Positions 38,890 to 56,234 of a stretch of 64,000 bases of DNA are shown here, piece after piece. Origin of the DNA: Chrysomallon squamiferum (lineage: Eukaryota; Animalia; Mollusca); assembly GCA_012295275.1 (NCBI GenBank), contig CM022674.1:13330001-13394000 (forward strand), given 5' to 3'. Each line of letters starts with the position of its first letter. The stretch's first letter is position 1. The position numbers and the translations under genes are program-made. The notes beneath the pieces are model-generated. The model was given only the letters and a program-made list of their open reading frames with translations. It made no database searches and was not told where the DNA came from.

Positions 38890-39534
38890 TGGTGTAAAAT
38901 CTGCAAAAATCAGCAAAATTTGTTTTTTAATTTACATAATGTAGCTAAATGAAAGGATATTTCTTGAAGACCACATGTTTAATTTCAAAAGCTACGAACA
39001 TTTAATAAATAAATAAATAAATAAATAAATAAATTAATTAATAAATAAACGTACCTTATATTTTCATATTCATTCAACCGGTGATAGGTTTTTCAGTGTT
39101 TAGGTCTACAATAATATCAGCAGAAAAAATAAACTAAAAAACAAATGTACTGTATATTGCTAATTACATTATAATTATGCAGAATTATTTTCGTGAAATC
39201 CTGTCGCACTTTGTAACGTTCTTTAATTTCGATGTAAGTCACATGACGTCACCGCACGATGTCTTTCGACCATTTGAAGCAGTGACGTATAACAGAGTCG
39301 AGACGAGGCCCAAGTTCCGGTAATGGCAAAAAAAAACAAAGCACGCATTCAGAACTCTGTGTAGAAATAATAAAAATAAGGTGAATTCAAGTAAGGTAGA
39401 TTGCACAAAACGAGGAACTATTATCGCTAAAGTATCAATATTATTTTACTAACGAATTTACGGTTTTTAATTTATGACTGTTTTGCGTTCTGTTTCTAGT
39501 TGTCCAAGAACTGAAATAAAGAAAACACAAAATA

Positions 39535-39610
<76 letters not shown>

Positions 39611-41275
39611 CATTTTTTAACTTTTTGATATTACGAAGAAATTTGTTTTATACTGACAATAATTATAAAACTGTTTTTTGTTGTTGTTTCCGTTGTTGTT
39701 TGTTTTTCCTTTTCTTTTTATATTAATATGTATACATGCAACAGTGACTTGAATTTTAAGTTAACAAATCGGATTAAGCTATTCAAAGAACTGATACTAA
39801 GTTGCAGACATTGTGTCAAGTTTTGAAAGGTTTTTTTTTTGTTCGTGTTTCATTTGTCTTCGTATTTCTTTTAAACTCAAATTCTTTCGCTCATCTTAAG
39901 AAAGAAATTGCGGTCAATTGCAGAAATCTGTTTATTGATTCATTTATGTGCGAACCAAATAATCCAGTTATTATTATTATTGTTATTGTTATTAGTTTTT
40001 TTTTTAAATTATTATTATTATTGTTGTTGTTGTTGTTACTATTATTTTTCTTTCTTTCTATTACGAGAGTTTTTTTTTTTTTTTTTTTCCAAAGGTCAGT
40101 GTGACGAACTGTCAACATCTTGACAAGATCTATGACGTCACCTGGTGTCTTTCGGAATAAAAATGTCTGACATAGATTTTTATTAGAAAGTTTCCTTCCA
40201 TTTTCCTTTTCTTGTATTTTGTTGGCTCAGTAGCAAAGCCACTTAAACTACGGTAAACCACTGAAAATATCGCGACATTTTTATTATCAGCAAATGCACG
40301 AGCTTCTCGTTCATTTCTTAGAAGACAAAGAGCACTGACTACGATCTCGATTCTTGTTCAGCAGAAAATGTCTGAATTTAAAAGACTTTACAGTTGTTTA
40401 ACAACCACCTGCATTTTTTCGACTTTAGTAAATAATCCTAGAAAATCCAGCTGGTGGTTTATGGAACCGATTTATATTACCGTTGGGGATTATCTGATTT
40501 AACAGAAGTAAGTCATTCTTCTTGATTTTGTATTTGTCATGAATTATAGAGCCTAAAATCTGCTTTTATTAAGAATATGGAAGAAGATGATGATGATGAT
40601 CATTACAGAAAATTGTGATTTTTTTATTCTGTTCTATGATTTGTTTGTTTTGTTTGTTTGGCTGACTGTCTGTTTATTGTGTTCGTTCATACAGTAACAG
40701 AAGAAAAACAAAAGGAAAGAACAATTTTTATTTTGCAGTTAAATAAACAAGACAGTTTTAAAGAGCGAACTAAATAAATAACAATAACATAATAATTTCA
40801 AAGCATTCGCCTGAAATGTACGTCAGTGATTGTTACAACGAACATTTCAGCCCAGGCTGGGGGACGAGAACCCTGCTTTGAACGTACGTACGTATTTATG
40901 TATGAATGTCTGTGTATGTGTATGTTTATATAGGTAAATATGAAATAACTCATCACTTTTTTAAGATATCAGTTTTATTCTGGAAGGTGAGAATGATGAA
41001 TAGGTTAGCTGCGTTTTATATTCAACCTGAGGTGTTTTTGTTTGGGATGTTTTGTTTGTTGTTTGTTTGGTTGGGTTTTGTTGTTGATTTTCTGTGTGTA
41101 TTTTTTTTTTTCAGGTTGTCTCAAACCTTTCTCGTGCAAAGATTATTCTACGAAAAATGATATTCTATTTTATTTCATTCATTCTTTTCTTCATTCTTTT
41201 ATTTTTTGGTTTGATTAATTTATTATTATTATTATTACTATTATTATTATCATTATCATTATTATTATCATTATT

Positions 41276-41319
<44 letters not shown>

Positions 41320-42056
41320 GTTTGCATTATTTATTTATTTTTATTTACTTTATTTATTTGTTTATTTACTGTCCCCTGACTTTGAAAAGAAAACTTGAGC
41401 CTTGACATTAAGATGAAATTAGTTTGATGACGTCACCATAGATATCGCGTAAATAGTGCACAACACTATTTCGATTGATGGAACAGATTAATAAGCTAAA
41501 ACTGAGTGAATGAATGAATGAAAGAATGAATGAATAATGAAAACAATAGAAACAATAATTTTTTTATTTGAATGATTTTTTTTAACATAACACGAACCTG
41601 TCAAATCCCAAGCGGAACAGAAAATAAACCATTTAGCAAGATGAAAATGCAAATTTAATAATCTCTTTGCTTTGTTAACACAACATTTCAGTATTTATGT
41701 TCGTGTGCGAGATTTCCGGCTGATATTTAAAAGATAAACCCACCTTTCTTTAAGACGAAAGATAAAATAAAGATTAAAATAAATTCAAAATATTGTCGTG
41801 CAAACTCAGTTAATCTAGGTAAACTAGACAACAGGATTTACTTCGCGCTTTGCAAATTTTCTTTGTATTATTAATTCAAATTGAAATTCTACTGTGAAGA
41901 AAAGATCACCATTGTAAAGTTCACAAAATATTTTATTTCATATCCTGTTTCTTTTTCCATTCCCTTGAGATGAAATTGTATTGAAGAAGTGATTAAAAAA
42001 GAAAAACAAAGAAAAACAAATACAAATAAACATTAAGTACTCTGAATATATCTGAA

Positions 42057-42095
<39 letters not shown>

Positions 42096-42480
42096 TCGTG
42101 TGCGTGTCTGTATGTGTGCGAGGGTACATTTCTGTTATATGTGAAAAAGTCGCAGTGTACAATATAGTGCTAGGATAATAGCATTATACATGAATGTTTC
42201 CATATCATCATCATCATCATCATCATCACAATTATAATCAGTATTTTTATTATTGTTATGTTGTTGTTGTTACTTACTTGTAATACTAGTTTATATGTGA
42301 ATTTTACCATAGAGCATATCATCATCATCATCATCATTACTTCTGTTGTTTTACTTGTTGTTATTCTCTCGTTTTATAATGTAATGTGATATTTGTCATA
42401 CAGTGAATAAATAACGAAGTATATAATATAGACTGTCTATACCTACACACGCGCAGAGAGAGAGAGAGAGAGAGAGAGAG

Positions 42481-42559
<79 letters not shown>

Positions 42560-42752
42560 AATGCTAAATGAGTTAGATATAAAACTAGACATACTAACAG
42601 GCACATCTATAAATAAATAGAGTTGAAATATATATATATCAAGCCTTCATACTGAGTAAAAGAACAAATTTACGTTTCTTATGAAATCAAATAAACTATG
42701 TTAAACATACTAAAAGTTAACTTTTCTCTGAAGTCGATTGAAGTTACATCGT

Positions 42753-43123
42753 TTAAGAATATCTAAATGTTCTGTCCAAGACCTTATGATGATCCCACGT
42801 GACTCCATTTTGTTTTGCTTCTTTCCCGCCAACAAGGATTTCACAGTTGGCCTTGACCTTCTCTTTCCTGGAGTCAAAATTGATTCCCCAGCAGGAGAGT
42901 TCCTTAACACAAACCTGGGAGCATTCTGCGCGTGTTTTTTGGTAACTCTTGACAACAGACGAAGCCAGCTGTCTGGTGTTTCTCTGAGTTTTTTCAAACA
43001 GTAAGAATATTCCAGTAACTAGAAAAAAAGAGAAGATAAATAGAATAAAAGAAAGAATGAAAAATTACTAACTACAACTGAGAAAGAGGTAGATATTTAT
43101 ATGGTTTAAAAAAAGAGACTGTG

Positions 43124-43196
<73 letters not shown>

Positions 43197-43847
43197 TCAT
43201 TCTTGATAAAAACTAGTAAGTACTTACTTCTACAAGCGTGTAATCCTTTGGAGTCGCAACATGGCGCCTCTGAAGTTTTACCATCTGCAAAAAAGATTTG
43301 AAAAATATTATCATTTGACATATATATCTGTGTGTGTCTGTGTGTGTCTGTGTTTGTGTGTGTGTATGTGTGCGTGCGTGTAGACGAATGTATATATGTA
43401 TGAATGTATGTATGTATGACATTGTCTCTATAGCCCAATCAGAGATACGTTAACTGTGTAGCTGATGTTGTGGTTCTACTGGTTGCTGACGTTGTCTATG
43501 TGATGACGTAGACGTTGGTTTGACTTACATGACATGCAGTCTTCGTTAAATTGTCCATCACCGTCATCATCTGTAACAGCAACAACAACAACAGTAGTAG
43601 TAGCAGTAGTAATAGTAGTAGTAGTAGTAGTCTGAATAGTAGTAGTAGTAGAAGTGGTACGATTATTAGTATTAGTAGTAACAGTAGTAGCAATTACAAC
43701 AACAGTACAAGTAGTAGTAGTAGTGGTAGTAGTTGTTGTAGAGTAGTAGTTGTTGTTGTAGTAGTAGTAGCAGTGGAAGGACGAGTAGTATTAGTAGTAA
43801 GAGTAATAGTAATTAAACAACAACAACAGTAGTAACGTTAGTAACGT

Positions 43848-43914
<67 letters not shown>

Positions 43915-46914
43915 TATAATAATAGCGATAACGATGATGATGATGATGATAAAAGCTGACATTTTACAGTTTCTTATGGAGATGTTTTTACGTCCTTGAA
44001 TGAAATTATGTAGTAAAACACCTTTGAATAATCTCTCTAAATAAAAAAATAAAAAAAAATAAAATAAAATAAAATAAAATAAAATAAAATAAAGAAATAA
44101 AAAGAGAAATACGCCACAGACATTTTAAACTTAAATTTTTAACTGAGCCTTTATGAATTAAGGTTGAGTGTTATTATTTATTTATTGATTTATTGATTTA
44201 TAATACCTACCAGCAGGTGGTCTGTTGCGACAACATCTCTCCTCGTCTTTCTTACCGTCACAGTCGTTGTCCACGCCGTCACCAGGAACACCAACAGACA
44301 CACTGCATGACTGAAAGACGGACGCGACAGTCGAATATATTTTATCTGTTTTAATTTTTTTTCACCAAGTTCTCTTTCTATGTGCACGTTCCTGTTTTAT
44401 ATTTGTGATAATTTAAAAAAAAAAATAAAATAAAAATAAAAAGATTAAAAAAAAAATTAAATTTATTGATCGTAATTTTAAATATTTAACAGTTGTACCA
44501 CTCCCTTTATTAATTTACCTTTGCAGTGGAGCTGGTGCTTGAATCCGTCGTATCTGTCAACGAGGTCGTAGTTGTAGTGGCGGATGGTGAACTGGTGGTG
44601 GTAGTAATAGACGTGGTGGTTTCAAACGCAGACGATGATGTAGATAAAGTAGTGTTAGTTGTAGGACAAGTGGTTGTTGTAGATGTTGTAGACGTAGTGG
44701 TAGGTGTTGTAGACGTAGTGCTAGATGTTGTAGATGTAGTGGTTGGTGTGCTTGTTGTAGTGCTTGTTGTAGACGTAGTGGTAGGTGTTGTAGACGTAGT
44801 GCTAGGTGTTGTAGATGTAGTGGTTGGTGTACTTGTTGGTGAAGTGGAAGTTGACGGCGAAGTTGTCGTAACAGGTAAACTGGTAGTTGTTGGGGTTGGC
44901 GTGGTAACTGTAGTTTCAGAGGTGGTTGATGTAGTAATAGTGGTTGCTGTAGTTGTAGTCGTTGTTTTTAATGGACATAATGGCGTGTTGTCAATCTGAA
45001 AAAGAAACAAAATAAAAGAAAGAAAGAAATTTGAATAGATAAATTTAAATATAAATAAATAAATAAATAATAGTGATAATAAAGAGATTTTTCAATAAAT
45101 AATTAGCCGAAGAAGAAGAAAAACAAAAAAATCATAAAGAAAGGTAAAATGTTCCATTCTTTTTACAAATTATTAATAATAGTAACGTGTTTCGTTTTTG
45201 ATTCCAAATTAAACATTTATTATTATACATATATTAATTATACTGAGTTAATAATTTTAGGTGAATGCAATAGTGAAAAAAAAAGAAAAAAAAAAAAGAA
45301 TGGTTTAGTCATAATACTGCCTATTATAATAAAATAAAATAAAATAAAATAAATAAATAAATAAATAAATAAATAAAAGGAACGAAAGACATGGAAATAC
45401 ACTACATGTATTCAGACGACTATAAATTATTCAGCTACGTTACATAAATAAACGAAAGACACAGAAATAAATTGTACCTATTCAAACGACTACAATTTAT
45501 TCAGCTACTTTGTGTACATAAACGAAAGATATGGAAATACATTACATTTAGTCAAACGACTACACAGTATTTCACAGTTCAAACAACTCACTGGATTGAT
45601 GACAGTCGGAGAAACTCCCAACGACATCGCCTCAGCTTTGCACTCGGCTCCGTTGTGTAAGTATGCAACAAACGTAGATCCACTGACGTGGTAGACGCGA
45701 TGTTGAACGTTGCTGGATCCAACTTTAACCCAAGCAGCTTTGTAATAATCATTACCTATTATCTTACTCCAGTTTGCACTCGGTACTGGATTGTCATCCA
45801 CTCTGATTCCATCTTTCTGTGACGCTTTGACTACAATCGTGATGTATGGTCTCGTGAACAATTGGCGAGCGAAAGAAGCGTTTGGGTAGGCCCCTTCCAA
45901 AGGCGTCAGTATCACAAAAGAGGGGTTGCCATACTTCTGAGTATCTTGAGCGGTCGTCGTACTAAAAAAGCCTACTATGACAGGTTTTGAAGCTACGAGA
46001 AACACGAAAGTTTTATCTTCAGAAATACGTTTCTTCGTGTGATCTCCTTTCCGTAATAATGTTTTCTTGGGTCCTCTTCCTACTCTCACTGTGGTATTTG
46101 CCTTTGTAGCAATTATGATGTAGAGCTGTCCAGCATAAATGGTTCGTTCGGGAAACGGTATCAAGACGTGTTTTCTTCCTGCTCGATCCAAGGGATGCAT
46201 TTGTTCCACGAGGTGAGACTTGGGGCACACATAGGCCAACTTGTGCACCATCACTTTGCTGTTACCGCCGAACACCGCCACAGGGTGACTTGCTTTTATC
46301 AGTGTTCCCCACAGAGGCAGGTCCGTTTCAATACGCAGTGTCTCCAGCTTGTTCAGCCATATTTCTGCGCATTCTCTGCTTCCGTACGTATTTCCGTTTA
46401 CGGTGATTGTATCGGTTTTGTTCCAAAACGGGAACTTAACTGTTACGTGCGTCTGTTCGCTTTCCGATCCTGCACTAACAGTTAGAAACTTGTAGTCTGT
46501 TATTTCTGATCTGTGAAATAAGACAACAACGTAGTCCTTTCCCAGATGCGTGTTGGGTATCGCCGTAAACGCATCCCCGTCCGTATCCGCTTTACTGACA
46601 GCGATGACGTCGATTGGATCAGAAGCCGTAATAACTAAAGTCTTGTCTGATATGTAAACTCCAGACGGAATACGAAATTTGTTGTCGATCTCGATGACCT
46701 GTGACGATCCAGGGTTTAAGGTTACCTCGGTTTTGCTTAAAAAGTGTAAAAACTTTGATGCTGTTGACAAATTAACTTGGACACTGCGGTCAACCGCCGG
46801 AGACAAGTACAAAGAAATATTTTGTGAGTTTTTAAATCTGAAAAATGAAAGAATGAAGTCTGTTCCTGAAGTCGCCTGGTTCACTGAAAACAGATGAAAA
46901 CAGATTAGTAGTAA

Positions 46915-46952
<38 letters not shown>

Positions 46953-47134
46953 TCATTTAAATAAATTATTATTATATTTCTTGTTTCTTGTCGAGTGACT
47001 TCTACCAGTGTCTGTGACATGAGCTGTAGAATGTTTATGAAGTATAATAAATTATTTCAGTTTATTTAGATTAATTGTTTATATTTACCTGGAAAGTTAA
47101 CAAAGCAGACTACAAAGAGAATTAACAACTTCAT
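42753..47134 (-). CDS. Secreted IgGFc-binding N-terminal domain protein with Thr-rich mucin exon, DxDCDG motifs and PAN/apple domain (paralogue B, ~765 aa)
   Basis: Exons 47134-47089 (MKLLILFVVCFVNFP), probable micro-exon 47023-47006, 46883-45592 (IgGFc_binding-like), 44995-44519 (159-aa Thr/Ser/Pro tract with mixed codons), 44310-44211 (GDGVDNDCDGKKDEERCC), 43570-43529 (DDDGDGQFNEDC), 43284-43228 (APCCDSKGLHACR), 43018-42753 (CSQVCVKELSCWGINF...NCEIL...RTFRYS*). The 100- and 57-nt exons match paralogue A exactly. Confidence 0.9.
45380..45570. repeat. ~70-bp degenerate tandem repeat, 3 units, intronic
   Basis: 'aacgaaagac/ta(t/c)ggaaat...tca(g/a)acgacta...ttcagctac' repeated next to the donor at 45591. 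Confidence 0.75.
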
Positions 47135-49588
47135 CCCGTTCTTTCAGAGTAGACACAACCAAGATCTAGATTCTGTAGAGTGAAATACATTTTAAATGTT
47201 TCTGAATTATATAAATGTGCATAAGCTGAAACGTATGTAAAAAGTAAGTTAATATAATTAATAAACATAGAAAATAGCAATTAAATAAACAAGAATGCAA
47301 ACAAATAAGTTAGCATGTAAGTAAGTAAATAAAATAAATAAATTAATAAAGAAGTAAGTTAGTAAGCAGGTAAGTAAGTAAGTAAATAAATAAAGTACAC
47401 GAGTAACTTACTTGTCTAAAAGCTACACATTTCTCTTCTCACTAGTAAACTTCAACACGGATCTGAATGTTAATAAAACAGTCACACACTTTTTTATATA
47501 TAAAATTTCTTGTTATAAGAAAATTCACAACGTCTTCAATACTTGTTGTCTTTGCTGGAACAAACAGTAGACTGAGATTTTACTTTAGTTTTCTTCATCT
47601 TTAATCTTCTTATCTATATATATGCAGATATATACATTGTTATTTTTAATCCAAAACATTATTTCTTATCATAATGTTGGAGATTTATTAAAAAGAAAAG
47701 AAATTAATTTTAATGTATTTTAATCTAATTTAGTAAATATGTTTGAAGAATCGGCGTCGGTTTTCAAAAGCACAAAAGATTGGAATAAAAAAGATTGAGT
47801 AAAGACTGTAATTTCCTGTCACTTTTTTCAATAAACCAAATTCTAAGTTAGAAATGAAGCAAGAGAAATAAAACAATTATTTCTTTGTGAATGTACAATA
47901 AAGACAAAGCAAGAAAAAAATTAAAAATAATACTAAGAAGAAGACGATGACGATGGTGGTAACGGTAATGGTGATGATGTTTACGATGGTGACAATGATG
48001 ATCACGTGATGATGGTGATGATGAGAGTAGTATTGATTATGATGTCGATGATGATGATAATGATGAGAAACAAAGAGTTTTGCAATAGCTGCTGGAACAG
48101 TAACATTGGTGAAAATAGTAAATTATTGCAGTACTCACAGTAATGTAATAGTATTAGTAGTACTAGTGGTAGAAGTAGTATTAGTAGTACTAGTGGTAAA
48201 AGTAGTATTAGTAGTACTAGTGGTAAAAGTAGTATTAGTAGTACTAGTGGTAAAAGTAGTATTAGTAGTACTAGTGGTAGAAGTAGTATTAGTAGTAGTA
48301 GTGGTAGAAGTAGTATTAGTAGAAATAACGATATTAAATGTATAGCTCTTAGTATTTATTTATTATTCAGTGTATTACATGATTAATGATAATATTAATG
48401 TTTGTTTTAGTATTAGTACTAGCAGTAATCGTGGTGGTTGTAACTATTTGTAGTAGTAATTATACTGGAGTAATAGTAGTGGTAGTACAGATTCTATCTG
48501 TAGTAATAGTGGTGTTCTTATGATCTTTGCTATATAGTATACAAAAACTGTCTTGTAACGTTCAATACACCTTTCTTTGATTAACGTTTTTGTTTTTGTC
48601 TTTTGTTGTCGTCGTCGTTTAGTAATGTAAAGTGAGACTTAGTGTAAACAATCTTGTGTTATAATATAATTTTATAATATGAAATGATTTCTAAAAATAT
48701 TTATAGTATTATTGTCGTTGTTATTTTAACGTAGTACTAGTAATTAGTGGTATTTTTTTTTTGTTTTTTGTTTAAATATAACTACCAAATTATATTATTA
48801 TTATTAGTAGAAATATTTTTAGCAGTGGTAGTAGCAGTAATAGTAGTAACAATGGTGGTAGTTGTTGTAGCAGCAGTAGAAGTAGCAGCAATAGCAGTTG
48901 TAGTAGTAGAAGTAGCAGTAGCAGCAAAAGCAGAAGTAGTAATAGTAGTACCAGTAGTAGTAATTGTTGTTGCAGTAGTAGTAGTAGTAGTAGCAGCAGT
49001 AGCGGCAGTAATAGTAGTATTAGTAGTAGTAGTAGTACTTGTGATAGCAGTAGTATTTATTTATATATTGTCATTTTAGTTTACAAATGAAAACCTCGAA
49101 TCGAACTGACTGAACTTTTTACAAACTGATTTTAATTTCAGTTCTAATTCTGACGACAAGAAACCTGCATGAAATAACGTTTACGACGATTTTTCCTGAG
49201 GTCAAACGCGTCACCTTGACAACATTTAAATTTAAAGGCAAATTAAATATTCATAAATTCAGGAGCACTGGGTTAAAAAGATCAGCAATATAAATGGAAA
49301 CGTTGAAAACCGTAAATCTTTATTCGTTCTCACAGGCGTTTGTCGGATTCTTGGTTTCGTGCAAGCAGCTGCTTCTCTGTAGTTCGTTCGCGTTCCATTG
49401 TCATAAATAGAATTAGCTGACGATTAAATGATGCTTATGAAATTCAAACACAAGTTTTATGACTTTATGATGATACTGCAAATCACGATCAGGTCGGCAT
49501 AAAAAGAGAGGAGATTTCGAAGACGGAGAGAAGGGTTTCTAGTAACAGCTAAGAAGATCGAAAGTTCTTGTCGTAACAGCATCCAGCC

Positions 49589-52612
<3,024 letters not shown>

Positions 52613-52970
52613 AATGTCTTTTAAATTTCATCTTTATTTTTAGAAAGAAGAAAGAAGAAAATAAACTGGTACCACGACGCTACAAGACTGTTAATTATTT
52701 TGTGCTTTTTTAAAGTGTTCAGTCTACTGTGTTGTCTGTTAATTACTACTGGTGCGCCTCTGTAACAATGTGGAAAAATACAGAGGCAAAACGTATCGAA
52801 TGTGTGGATTTGGTATGTGTGTATATGTGTGTGTGTGTGTGTGTATGAATGTGTTTGTGTAAATATGAATGTGCTTTTATCTATATACTTTTGTTAGTAT
52901 GTAATAACTATAAAGAACAAAGTAAGTAAATGAAATTTATTCCGTTATGAGATGTAACAGACTCAAATAT

Positions 52971-53129
52971 TTAGTGATAAAGTTTGCCACCGAATCCAAG
53001 TCCTCGTCCTCCAAAACCACGTCCTCCGAATCCGAATCCGTGTCCGACACCATTGCCTAGACCATGTCCGAATCCGTATCCGTGTCCGTATCCATTTCCG
53101 TAACCATTTCCTAGACCATGTCCGTAACC

Positions 53130-53188
<59 letters not shown>

Positions 53189-53475
53189 AAAGAATCAGAA
53201 CAAGAATAATAAGGATAATTATAATAGCAATGAAACAAGAAAATACAATACTGATTTAAGTCAAGAAATAATATATGTGTTTTTCCTCCCTTTATTTTTA
53301 AAATGACTGGTGTGACGTCACGATCTAAAATATTCTTGAGGAGCTTGTTATTTTATGACTATACTTTTTTAATCTTAGCAAAGACTGGCCGAAATAATGC
53401 AGTAATTTATTATATAATAATACAGTCATGTTAAATTAAACAAACTTTGTTTCGTTTTTCGTACGCCCACCAAAG

Positions 53476-53552
<77 letters not shown>

Positions 53553-54628
53553 TAATAATCATCCCAAAGATTAAAATTCTGTTTTCAGTAAAGAATTATT
53601 TCACATTTGTTTATCTATTCCAGATTTTACTGAAGTTATTTTGATCTTTTTCCAGTCCTTCTAAAAAAAATCCTCACGCTCAGTGTGATATTACAGGTTT
53701 TATCAGATCAAATCAGTGAAATATTAGTATTTTTTGTTACTCAGTTGCTACAGAAGTATCTGGACAACAAATTGTTGTTTATCAGCTTTGTTATTGATAT
53801 TTTAAATTACCCGAATTATAATAATCTACAGCATTAGATGTTTCAGTCTTATAAAAATATTTATTTTGTTCAATGAAAGAAAGGCTTTACTTCTTCAGAA
53901 TACATTTGTGTATTAACAAAAAGTAAAACAAAAAGTAAAAACATGCATGACAATAATTTGACTGATCAGTGAAGAAATAAATGTATATTAATCAACGTAC
54001 CGTTGTTACCGTAACCGTAACCATATCCGGGATAGCCGTAACCGTAACCATGTCCGGCATGTCCGAATCCATGGAGACCAGCTCCTCCGAGAAGTCCGAC
54101 TCCTCCGTGAAGACCATGACCTCCATGAAGACCAGCTCCTAGATATCCAACTCCTCCGTGGAGGCCAGCTCCTAGAAGTCCGGCTCCTCCGTGATAACCA
54201 ACACCATGGAAACCATTAGCTCCTAGACCGACACCATGTCCGTAGTTGTAAACTGGTCCCCAGGCGAGAGCTGAGCAACACAGAAGTGCAGACAGAACGA
54301 CGGAGAAAAGAGACTGTGAAAAGTAATGATGATAATCTCAGTTTTATAAAAAGTTACCATCTAATGGATTTGTTCTCATTCCAGTCAGTATACAACAACT
54401 GATTATGATAACAGACTTCCTATGTATAGTAAAATGAACATTCATGCACCGATGAAATTGTTATATTTTAAAATATTTTGCACATAAGTACTAAACAATA
54501 CTAATATATTCTCAAGGAAATGATCCTTTATGTTTTTTCAGAATTCTGAAAGTTTCGATTTTGAGTATTTCTCAAAGTAAAAGAAATAATAATAATATTA
54601 AATGAAAAGAATGAAGAAATTAATATTT

Positions 54629-54710
<82 letters not shown>

Positions 54711-54730
54711 CTAAATCAACTTACATTCAT
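52971..54730 (-). CDS. Secreted Gly/His/Tyr-rich structural protein, copy A (~158 aa)
   Basis: Exons 54730-54725 (MN), 54313-54001 (SLFSVVLSALLCCSALA|WGPVYNYGHGVGLG...GLHGGHGLHGG...GYGYGYPGYGYGYGNN), 53128-52971 (GYGHGLGNG...GGRGFGGRGLGFGGKLYH*). In frame with canonical splice sites. Confidence 0.9.
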
Positions 54731-54862
54731 GACTGACGAGTGACTGGGAACTGGTAGAGAAAGTAACACACTCACTCTATTTATCTGTATCGTCCTGTAC
54801 CACGTTAATAATTATTTTCAAATAAAATTAATATTTCACTTTTGTACCTCGCATTTTATTGG
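54705..54862 (-). promoter_or_regulatory. Conserved exon-1/proximal promoter block of the Gly-rich genes (also at ~59090-59248 and ~62394-62552)
   Basis: Near-identical ~160-bp block in all three copies, with minus-strand GATAAATA (TATA-like) about 50 bp upstream of the ATG. Confidence 0.7.
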
Positions 54863-56199
54863 ATAAATACAGGCTTCTTGGTGCACGCTTTACACACTGA
54901 CCTCTGACCCCGCAGTTTGATATCAAGGTCATAATATGTTAATCAGGTGAATCCGTGGCCACTTGCTCGTAAAGGAGAGTTACCGATGCGAAGATATTTT
55001 TAATTCCATAATTTTATTTCACACATTTCTTTCTATTTTATTTATTTATACTTCATTATTCTTAGATCCACTTTTATTACGCATAATAATAATAATATTA
55101 CGATGGTTTATCTGTATCCGTAATGATTCCATGATCAAGTATTAAGAATCTGCATTCATGTGTATGTTATTATTATTATTTTGCGGTTGTTGTATTATTT
55201 ATTTATTTATTTATTCTTCTTCTTCTTTTTCTTGTTTTGTATCTGCGTATACCTTTCTATTTGGACCTTGATATGTATGTATGTAAAACACACACACGCA
55301 CGCATATATATATATACATAAAACATGTATCTGTGTGTATGAATTCATATATATATACATATGCATGTATAAATATATGTATACATATATAAGTATGCGT
55401 GCATTCGAGTAGGAGTGTGTACATTTTCAAGTATGTCTTACAGTTTGTAATTTTATTAAAGTAACGAGTAATTAATTTACGTGCAGAAAAACTGAATCAC
55501 ACTTCTTATTTATTAACGTCCTAACAGTTATGTTTAAAACTAAGCAATACAAAATTAGTGAATGTAAAAATAAAGACGAAATAGGAGTCGATTATCATTG
55601 ATATTATCATCATCATAATCGTTATTTTTGTTGTTGTTGTTGTCGTCATCATCATTGTTGTTATTATAATATTATTAGTATTAGCATTATCATAATTATC
55701 ATCACTGCCATCATCATCATCACTGTTTTTATTATTATTATTATAGTGTTGATGTTGTTATTATTATTAATATCTGGGGAGTATTTTTGTTTTCTTAACT
55801 TTTTGCATCGTTTATTATTTTCATCAAAGAGTAATATTGATTATGGTAATAGTAGTTGTAGTAGTACTAGTTGTAGAGTAGTAGTAGCAGCGGCAACAGC
55901 AGCAAGTAGTATAGGCTGTGAATCCCTTATCGGAAATTCCAAAATCCGAAAAGCTCCCCGGATTCGAAACTTTATCTGAGCTGCAGAAATAGTGATGTCT
56001 TACAGCTTTCAGACTGTTTTGCATACACACACTTTATTTTATGTCTAAATTATTAAAATTATTAAATAAGAATTAAACTGTAGAAGCTGCGTATGAAATA
56101 ACAGTGGAATTCGTATTTAGATTTAGATCCTAGTCTCAGACCATCTCCTAATATACGGTACTTCCGATCCCAAGGGTTTCAGAACCTGCAACATTAAAA

Positions 56200-56234
<35 letters not shown>

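Noticed and set aside
42710-43004. ORF-track proteins 42710-42997(-) and 42738-43004(+)
   Set aside because: Wrong frames; the real exon is the PAN-encoding frame 43018-42753, homologous to paralogue A.
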